Positions 21,547 to 28,609 of a DNA stretch of 64,000 nucleotides are shown piece by piece (the stretch's first letter is position 1; every line of letters begins with the position of its first letter). The stretch spans positions 352,001 to 416,000 of the forward strand of contig CBDCNP010000002.1 of assembly GCA_965219415.1 (NCBI GenBank), given 5' to 3'. This DNA is from Candidatus Marinacidobacterales bacterium (GTDB lineage Bacteria > Acidobacteriota > Vicinamibacteria > Marinacidobacterales > DATDRI01). Under the pieces are notes generated by a model that was not told the DNA's origin, did no database searches, and saw only the letters and a program-made list of their open reading frames with translations. The position numbers were made by a program, and so were the translations under genes.

Positions 21547-23694
21547 ATGCTAGTCGCACTGATTCTGACCGCCATCTTGGGTAGCCCATGGCAAAGGCCG
21601 CTTCAAGTAACTGTCCACCCCCAGACCGTCTATCTAGAAAAGGGCGCAACCCATCAATTTCTCAACTTCGACTTCATGTTCGAGAATCCAACCGATGAAC
21701 GACTTCAGCTCGAGCTCATCCGAATGTCGGCCTTTGACGAAGAAGGCCGGCTGCTTCGACGACTCCGGCTGGACCGAAACGCGGTGAGCCCCAGCATGAA
21801 TACCCTTCCGACCGCCGAGCTCGAAGGCGGTGGAACGCTTTTCGTCTTCAATCCGTTTCACACCTTCGACTCCGAGCTGAGGCTCGCACTGTTGCGCTAC
21901 GAATTTATCTTTGCCTCGGAGAATGGTGGGACCCAGCTCGCCGAAACAATCGTGACTCCGGCAAGGTACGAAACGAAAACGCGGCTGGTCCTTCCCCTGC
22001 GAGGACGCATCATCGTCGACGACGGGCACGATTTCTACGCGCATCACCGGCGAGTAAACCTCGATCACCCCTTCGTGAAACAGATCGGAGCCACCGCTAA
22101 CGCCGTTCGTTACGCCTACGATTTCTGCGCCGTGAACGAAGCCGGCGAGCTGCACCGCGGCGACGGCGAGCGCCTGGAGGAATGGTTCGGTTTCGGCGAC
22201 CCGGTATTTTCTCCCGGAGACGGTGTGATTGCGGAGGCGGTAAACGACATCCCGGACAACACCCTCGTCGACGGCAAAGTCGTTTACTCTGATGCGCTAA
22301 CGACGGACGACCCGAAGACCTTCTTCGGCAACTACGTCATCATCGATCATCAAAACGGAGAGTTTAGCTACATAGCCCATCTAAAATTGGGCAGCGTCCG
22401 GGTGAAACCGGGAGCCAAAGTGCTCGCCGGCCAGCTCGTCGGTCTGATGGGCCTGTCCGGCGACACGAGCTTTCCTCACGTCCACTATCAGCTTCAGACG
22501 GGTGTCGATACTTTCCGAGAGGAGGGACTCCCCTCCTACTTTCATGATTTCCGTCGCGTGGTGGGCTCGCAAGAGGTGTCAGTGGGGCGGGGGCACGTCG
22601 ATACTGGAGAGGTCCTCGAATCCACGGCACCGGGAACCGAGCCATCGATGCTGCAGGCCGGCCGCCTGCTCATGGTGCCGGCACCAGACGCCGATCGGGA
22701 GCTCAAGGTACTCGTCTACTACGACATGGAAGGATTGAGTGGGATCGACGACTGGCGGATGACCATGTTCTCGAGAACCGATCGATACCGGAAGGGCCAG
22801 GCTCGGCTGGTGGCCGATGTCAATGCCGTTGTGGAGGGCCTCTTCGAAGGAGGGGCGGATGTTGTTCATGTCGTGGATGGCCATGGAAGCGGAAACCCGC
22901 ACCCGGACATGCCACTGGAGCGCCTCGATCCCAGAGCGCAACACATTCTGAGAGACGCGCCTTTCGATGCGTACGCCGATCTCACGGGAGCCGGGCTCTA
23001 CGACGCGGTCGCGGCTGTCGGCATGCATGCCAAGACCGGCAGTGCCGGTTTCATTTCCCACACGATGTTTCTGGGGACGAAGGTTCGACTCAACGACGCC
23101 TGGGTTACCGAGACCGAGGTTGTCGCCTACTCCTGGGGCCGTGTCGGAGTCCCCGTTATCTTCGCTTCAGGTGACGACGTGCTGGCCCGCGATCTCGAGA
23201 CTATGCCGTGGGTTGAATACGTGACCGTGAAGACCGTGAAGACAGCCCACGGTGCCGACGGAGCGGAGCTCAAGCCTGGCGACGAAGTGGCCGCGCAATT
23301 GCGGGAATCGGCGAAGAGGGCCATTCAAAACCGTCTGCAAGCTCGTGCAATGAGGCTCGAACCTCCGCTCCGTGTTGAATTCCGGGCCGTTCATCCCGCC
23401 AGCTTGTCGTTGCTCGAAAAGATACGTGGCATCGATTACTCAGGCGGGAATGTTTCCTTCACCGCCTCCGATTTCGCCGAAGCGACTCGTGGCATTCAAG
23501 GGCTGCTCGCCGTGGCGGAACAGGGCTACGACCGCGTCCTCTGGGACACCATCGAGGCCCACCCATCGGGAAGCGAGCTCGAGCACCAGTTCGTGGATGA
23601 CTTGTTGGAGCGCTACGCCGAGGTGGAAAACGGCGAATGGCTACCGACCGAGCAAGAGTCCGCCCCGAAGCGCAAATACCACGGCTACAACTGA
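21547..23694 (+). CDS. Fusion of M23-like peptidase domain and M55 (DppA-like) D-aminopeptidase
   Basis: YAYDF, GNYVIIDH, AHLKLGS, PHVHYQL (M23); YYDMEGLSG, VDGHGSG, GMHAK...ISHT (M55). Confidence 0.8.
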   Translation: MLVALILTAILGSPWQRPLQVTVHPQTVYLEKGATHQFLNFDFMFENPTDERLQLELIRMSAFDEEGRLLRRLRLDRNAVSPSMNTLPTAELEGGGTLFVFNPFHTFDSELRLALLRYEFIFASENGGTQLAETIVTPARYETKTRLVLPLRGRIIVDDGHDFYAHHRRVNLDHPFVKQIGATANAVRYAYDFCAVNEAGELHRGDGERLEEWFGFGDPVFSPGDGVIAEAVNDIPDNTLVDGKVVYSDALTTDDPKTFFGNYVIIDHQNGEFSYIAHLKLGSVRVKPGAKVLAGQLVGLMGLSGDTSFPHVHYQLQTGVDTFREEGLPSYFHDFRRVVGSQEVSVGRGHVDTGEVLESTAPGTEPSMLQAGRLLMVPAPDADRELKVLVYYDMEGLSGIDDWRMTMFSRTDRYRKGQARLVADVNAVVEGLFEGGADVVHVVDGHGSGNPHPDMPLERLDPRAQHILRDAPFDAYADLTGAGLYDAVAAVGMHAKTGSAGFISHTMFLGTKVRLNDAWVTETEVVAYSWGRVGVPVIFASGDDVLARDLETMPWVEYVTVKTVKTAHGADGAELKPGDEVAAQLRESAKRAIQNRLQARAMRLEPPLRVEFRAVHPASLSLLEKIRGIDYSGGNVSFTASDFAEATRGIQGLLAVAEQGYDRVLWDTIEAHPSGSELEHQFVDDLLERYAEVENGEWLPTEQESAPKRKYHGYN

Positions 23695-23815
23695 GGCAAA
23701 CTGACCTCCTGAGAGGACACCTCTAGCCCCCCGTTTCCCCGTCGAATCCACTCCCCCAACGAATCAAACCCTTTATACGGAACAATAAGCGCCTGAAACC
23801 GGGGCGCGCCGTTTC

Positions 23816-23831
23816 TGGAATCGACCTTGCA
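23816..23831 (+). promoter_or_regulatory. Putative sigma54 (-24/-12) promoter of BON gene
   Basis: TGGAATCGACCTTGCA: GG-N10-GC spacing with TTGCA, 39 bp upstream of ATG. Confidence 0.5.
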
Positions 23832-23869
23832 TTAGTCATGGTATCGGGAGCCGAAAAGGAGGAAGGGAG

Positions 23870-24604
23870 ATGACAAGGATTCTTGCATTCACGTTGATTG
23901 CAGCCCTTGGAGGGCTTTCACTGGCGGCTGCTGCCACTTTGAATGATGCCGAAATACAGTCCGCGATTGAAATTAGTTTAGAGAAAAAGGAGATCTTGAA
24001 CGGCGGCGGAGGCCCGCGAGTCGCGGTCGAGAAGGGTGTGGTCACGCTCGAAGGCAAGGTAAAGAGCGTGTGGGCCAAGAACGAAGCCATCAAGCTCGCG
24101 ATGGAGATCGACGACGTGGTCGCGGTCGAGGACGAGTTGAAGATCGCCTTTGGGGAGAGCGATGAGAAGGTCGGCGAGGAAATTGCAAAACGAATCCGCA
24201 ACTACGTCTACTTCACCGTTTACGACGACGTCAATCTCGCAGTCGAAGACGGTCACGTCCTTCTAAAGGGCCGTGTCACGATGCCCTTCAAGGCAACGGA
24301 GATCGAGAAACGTACCTCCAAGGTTCTGGGTGTCCAAAGCGTCACCAGCGAGATCCAGACTCTTCGGACCAGCATTTACGACAACCGGCTTCGAGTCGTG
24401 CTCACGAATCGAATCTACCGGGACCCTCTGTTTCAGCGCTTTGCCCATCGGGTCAATCCCCCGATCCACATCATCGTCGAGGGTGGTCGGGTTACCTTGA
24501 CCGGCGCCGTCTTCTCCAATCTCGAGAAAATCAAGGCGGAGAGAATCGCGCGGTCGACGTTTGGCGTGTTCAGCGTAGAGAACCGGCTACTGACCGACAC
24601 CTAA
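23870..24604 (+). CDS. BON domain-containing protein
   Basis: Signal peptide; three repeats with G.VTL.G.V pattern; strong RBS. Confidence 0.88.
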   Translation: MTRILAFTLIAALGGLSLAAAATLNDAEIQSAIEISLEKKEILNGGGGPRVAVEKGVVTLEGKVKSVWAKNEAIKLAMEIDDVVAVEDELKIAFGESDEKVGEEIAKRIRNYVYFTVYDDVNLAVEDGHVLLKGRVTMPFKATEIEKRTSKVLGVQSVTSEIQTLRTSIYDNRLRVVLTNRIYRDPLFQRFAHRVNPPIHIIVEGGRVTLTGAVFSNLEKIKAERIARSTFGVFSVENRLLTDT

Positions 24605-24631
24605 GAAGTGACCTCGGCCGGTTTTCCACCG

Positions 24632-24662
24632 GGAGCACCTCATCGAGGTGCTCCTTTTTTTT
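24632..24662 (+). terminator. Rho-independent terminator
   Basis: GGAGCACCTC-atc-GAGGTGCTCC followed by T8. Confidence 0.9.
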
Positions 24663-24720
24663 CGCTCCACACCTGTCTCATCTTGCCGGCCCCCATGGCA
24701 TGGGTTATTGTCCATGACCG

Positions 24721-25920
24721 ATGGTCGGCATCACGTCCGCGCGCAGTTGGTTTCCCGGACTACGCGAAGGTGTCTATCTCGATACCGCGAACTTCGGTCT
24801 GCTCGCCTCACCCGTCGTAGATTCGATTTCCGAGCAGATTCGCGAGCTGACTAGAATCCCCGAAAAAGGAGCCGACCGTCGATGGTTCGCGCTGGAAGCC
24901 GAGTCTCGGGCCGCGCGCCTAGCGGTGGGGCAGATCATCGGCGCCGGAGCCGACCGGATTGCACTGGTCGAGTCGACGAGTCATGGACTTCAGATTGCGG
25001 CATCATCCATTCCCCTGGCCGCAGGCGACGAGGTCTTGATCGCGGGTTGGGACTTCGTTGGACTTTCCCTCGTTTGGCGCTCGGCTATCGCACAAAAGGG
25101 CATTTCGGTTCGCACGCTCGACCTGGGTCAGGCTTCGGATCCAACCGCATCGTTGGTGTCAGGGTTGCGCCCGGAAACACGCGTGGTGTGTACCAGCTCG
25201 GTTTCGGAAAACCATGGCTTTCGCCTGAACCTTGCGGAGCTCGGAACGGCCTGCCAAGCAAACCGATGCTGGCTGATTCTTGACGTTATGCAGGAAGCGG
25301 GAGTGCGGCAACTGGAGTTGGATCGCACCGCGGTGGATTTTGCATCAGCAGGGGGCCACAAATGGCTGGGCTGCCCCTTCGGGTCGGGATTCCTGTATGT
25401 CGGCGAGAACCGTTTCGATGAATTGATAACTCCCGCCCTGGGCTACCTCGGGATCGCTGAGCCTCGTGAAGGATGGGCAAACTACCTGAGCTCACCGCTG
25501 GCCGGACCCCTCGATGAACTTCCACGGCGTCGCCAAGGACAGGCTCTAGAGATCGGGGGTACCCCGAATTTCCCGGGTCGCTTGGCTCTCGCCGCCTCGT
25601 GCGGACTCATGAACCAAGTTGGCATCGAGTCCATCGAGCAGCACGTCTTGAGCCTGACCGGAAGTTTGTGGGACGAGTTGTCCGACCTCGGCCTGAAGAT
25701 GGTGACTCCGCGTGACGACGAGTCTCGGGCGGGTATCGTCACCTTCTCGCTTGGCCAGCCCGAGCGGGACCGCGACTTAGCCAAGGCTCTTGCGACCCGT
25801 GGCGCACACGTCTCCTGTCGTTACCGTCAAAGTATCGGTGGCGTTCGCGCCTCGGTCCATTTCTACAACAATCGACAGGACATCGAAGATTTTCTAAGAG
25901 CTTTGGCAGACGCCAGGTAA
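24721..25920 (+). CDS. Class-V PLP-dependent aminotransferase / C-S lyase-like
   Basis: VYLDTA, STSHG, LDVMQEAG, GGHKWL (PLP Lys), VRASVHFYN. Confidence 0.85.
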   Translation: MVGITSARSWFPGLREGVYLDTANFGLLASPVVDSISEQIRELTRIPEKGADRRWFALEAESRAARLAVGQIIGAGADRIALVESTSHGLQIAASSIPLAAGDEVLIAGWDFVGLSLVWRSAIAQKGISVRTLDLGQASDPTASLVSGLRPETRVVCTSSVSENHGFRLNLAELGTACQANRCWLILDVMQEAGVRQLELDRTAVDFASAGGHKWLGCPFGSGFLYVGENRFDELITPALGYLGIAEPREGWANYLSSPLAGPLDELPRRRQGQALEIGGTPNFPGRLALAASCGLMNQVGIESIEQHVLSLTGSLWDELSDLGLKMVTPRDDESRAGIVTFSLGQPERDRDLAKALATRGAHVSCRYRQSIGGVRASVHFYNNRQDIEDFLRALADAR

Positions 25921-25985
25921 CGCCCATCGGGATGGGGCTCGCTGCGCTAGTTATGATAGGGTCGCACTTTGCACGGGAGGTAAGA

Positions 25986-26423
25986 ATGCTAGAGGCCGGT
26001 GCTCAAGCGCCAGACTTCACGGTTCAGGATCACACCGGGAAGACTGTCAAGCTTTCAGATTTTGCGGGCAAGCACGTTGCCCTCTGGTTCTACCCCAAGG
26101 CGGATACGCCCGGGTGAACGGCCGAGGGTTGCGGGTTCCGCGACCGAATCCAACTGTACAACGACAAAGGTGTCCAGATTCTCGGAATCAGTTTCGATAC
26201 CGTAGAGGAAAATGCCGCCTTCGCCAAGAAGTTCGACTTCAATTTCCCTTTACTTTGCGATACGGACCGCACGGTCGGCCTGGCCTATGGGGCCTGCGAC
26301 AGCGCCGACGCTCAGTACGCAAAACGGATCAGCTATCTCATCGATGGTGAGGGAAAAGTCGTAAAGGCGTATCCGAACGTGGATGCTGCCAAGCACCCGG
26401 AGGAGGTGCTGAAAGATCTCTAG
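25986..26423 (+). CDS. bcp: Peroxiredoxin (BCP/PrxQ) with in-frame TGA at the peroxidatic Cys; probable selenoprotein
   Basis: GGGAGG RBS; MLEAGAQAPDFT...WFYPKADTPG-[TGA 26115-26117]-TAEGCGFRD...GISFD...NFPLLCD...KRISYLIDGEG...HPEEVLKDL*; 145 codons on readthrough. Confidence 0.85.
26127..26145 (+). promoter_or_regulatory. Bacterial SECIS-like hairpin
   Basis: GGTTGCG-GGTTC-CGCGACC stem-loop starting 10 nt after the TGA, G-initiated apical loop. Confidence 0.6.
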
Positions 26424-26433
26424 CGGGAGCGTT

Positions 26434-26536
26434 CACTCCCTCTCCCTTCCGCCTTCGCGAAAGCTTCGGCGGAACCGCCGAAGTTCTTGGAACACACGCG
26501 GACGGCGGCGGGCAGGGAGAGGGCCGGGGTGAGGGT
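26434..26536. repeat. REP-like nested palindrome between convergent genes
   Basis: Outer CCCTCTCCC...GGGAGAGGG enclosing CCGCCTTCGC-gaaa-GCTTCGGCGGAACCGCCGAAG; inner module recurs at 28471. Confidence 0.7.
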
Positions 26537-26545
26537 AGTCTTACC

Positions 26546-27319
26546 TCACTCCTTGAGAAAGGACATCCAGTCGTCGAAATCATCGTCCCCGATGACCACG
26601 CCGCCGTCGATGGGGTCGGTACCGAGGCCGGGGTCATAGATGAATCTGCCGGCGCCCGGCTCCCTTGTACGACGCACTGGGCCCGCATGGCTGGAACTCG
26701 ATACCCACCGCCTCAGAGAGGCGCGTGGGTTCAGGACCCGCGCAACTGGATCGTTGTCGTAATGCCAGCGGAAGGTTTTGACCTCTTCCAAGATATCCAG
26801 GTTGGGGAAATCGACGAGTAGTTCCTCAACAAACACCCCATCCAGCTTTCGGCTAAACGGATAATCAGGAATCTGATTCTCGAGGTACTCCAGAATTTTC
26901 GCCGTCGCCGAGTCCCGAGGGAGGTGACCATTCGATTCTACGATTCCATCCGAGGCTACGACGTCCTTGGTCGCCAGCCGATTCAAATCGAGCGGACCGG
27001 CGAACTGCACGCCGTTTAGTGCGAGACCATGTGTAGCCGCACCAGAATCATCCTTCCCCCACACAACGCGAGCATCGGTGTCATAGCTGACCTGAGGATA
27101 GAAACAGATCCGCAGTCGCACCTCTTGTCCCGACGAAAGGCATTCATCGGCGACGATCCCTGCTCCGGAGTCCGAGATGTCGTTCACAATGCCGTACATG
27201 GGGGTGGACCCGCCCCCCTGCACCGTCAATACCAAGAGTTTTCTCGGCATGAGGCGCCGGAGCGCCCTTTGCTCGCGGCGACGAAGCGATCTTCGATGGC
27301 TCTCGCCGTGCAAGGTCAT
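26546..27319 (-). CDS. PilZ domain protein with conserved C-terminal helical domain (paralog A)
   Basis: R-rich RxxxR N-terminus, NDISDSG, ARVVW...GVQF; C-domain shared with the next gene. Confidence 0.75.
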   Translation of the reverse strand: MTLHGESHRRSLRRREQRALRRLMPRKLLVLTVQGGGSTPMYGIVNDISDSGAGIVADECLSSGQEVRLRICFYPQVSYDTDARVVWGKDDSGAATHGLALNGVQFAGPLDLNRLATKDVVASDGIVESNGHLPRDSATAKILEYLENQIPDYPFSRKLDGVFVEELLVDFPNLDILEEVKTFRWHYDNDPVARVLNPRASLRRWVSSSSHAGPVRRTREPGAGRFIYDPGLGTDPIDGGVVIGDDDFDDWMSFLKE

Positions 27320-27392
27320 AGCAACCCTTACTCTGTTCGCCCGTTGCCGTTGCCGTTACCAGTGCTGTCGTAATACTCATTGCCGTTCTCAA

Positions 27393-28172
27393 TCAAGCTA
27401 CCGGCCAGCGCCTAAGCGCGGAGCGCAGGTTCGTGAACTGCGAAACGGGTTGGCTGTCGTAGTGCCATCGGAAGGTCTTGACTTCTTCTAAAATGTCGAC
27501 CTCCGGAAAATCACCCATTAGCTCGACGATGAACTCGCAATCAAGCCTGCGGTCGAACGGGTAGCCGGAAACCTGGTGCTCGAGGTATTCGAGGATCGCC
27601 CGGGTCACGTCGTCGCCCCAGCTTCTTTCTTCGTAAATCCTTGTTACGTATCGCTCCAAGTAAGGCTCGAGTTCCTTGCGGATCTGCGCGATCCCATCTG
27701 TGTAATCGATTTTCTCGTCGGAAATGAGATGTTCTATGTCCGGGTCGATGATGATGTACGCGAGCTCCTCTTCCTCGGGCGGGTAGTTTTTCAGGAACCC
27801 GGGATTCAAGATCTCCGGGAACAAAAGCCGCCTCCTCAGTTGCTCGCGGCTGAGTGGCGAAAGATCCGCAAAGAACACACCCTGAAGCGAGCCGACGATC
27901 TCCGAGCTGGGGTCGAAGCCTTCGGTGCTCCAAACGATGCGTGCCTTGGTATCGAGAACCCTGCGACGCCCTTCGCTGAGCACCAGCCTGATGGCCGCAC
28001 CTCGGACCAGGGTATGGTCGGTGACGAGGAAGGCGCCGGTCTCCGACATGTTGGAGACCGTGCCTTGTGCGACTTTCAGGTCGCCGTCGAGAATCGCTGC
28101 GGAGAGAGACCGCGTTGGCGCAACACGGGGCGAAATCCGCAAGTCTCCGGGGCTACGTGCTGGTTGAACCAT
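27393..28172 (-). CDS. PilZ domain protein with conserved C-terminal helical domain (paralog B)
   Basis: RISPR, NMSETG, ARIVW...GVFF; ILEYLEHQVSGYPFD...DILEEVKTFRWHYD; AGGAGG RBS. Confidence 0.78.
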   Translation of the reverse strand: MVQPARSPGDLRISPRVAPTRSLSAAILDGDLKVAQGTVSNMSETGAFLVTDHTLVRGAAIRLVLSEGRRRVLDTKARIVWSTEGFDPSSEIVGSLQGVFFADLSPLSREQLRRRLLFPEILNPGFLKNYPPEEEELAYIIIDPDIEHLISDEKIDYTDGIAQIRKELEPYLERYVTRIYEERSWGDDVTRAILEYLEHQVSGYPFDRRLDCEFIVELMGDFPEVDILEEVKTFRWHYDSQPVSQFTNLRSALRRWPVA

Positions 28173-28389
28173 TGTCCCCCCCTCCTTGGACTATGGCTCG
28201 GGGTATGCTTGCTGGCAGTAAGATGGCGACACCTATAAACCCCTTTGACGCACCAATTAGCACATCCTAGCACTAACGAAATTATAAGGCCGTCCTAGTC
28301 GCCGAAACGAGTAGGCAACGCTCAGCCTGGGTTGGGGTAGGCTTGCCTCTAACTTTTTACTCCAACTGCCCAACGGGTGTCAAGTCTCA

Positions 28390-28600
28390 GTGCGCGCGGG
28401 GCCCCACTTCCACGCGCTGGCCCTTGTTCGCTCGGGCCCAAAACCACGGCCGAATCGCGGCAATTCCTCTCCGCCTTCGCTCAACACGTGCACGTGCGTT
28501 CGAGCTACGGCGGATCCGCCGAAGCCTTTTGGCGAAGGCGGACCGGCCGGCGGGCCTCCGGCCCGTCCGTGCGCGGGGACGCCCTCCGCTTCCGGGCATG
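28390..28600. repeat. Composite REP-like palindromic region downstream of TonB receptor
   Basis: GCGCGGGGCCCCACTTCCACGCGC module (similar at ~53163) and CCGCCTTCGC...GCTACGGCGGATCCGCCGAAGC...GCGAAGGCGG (28471-28541; similar at 26449). Confidence 0.65.
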
Positions 28601-28609
28601 GCTGCCCTC

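Noticed and set aside
28180-28380. c-di-GMP riboswitch upstream of the PilZ genes
   Set aside because: Could not find the GEMM-I/II conserved elements on either strand by eye; an Infernal/Rfam scan would settle it
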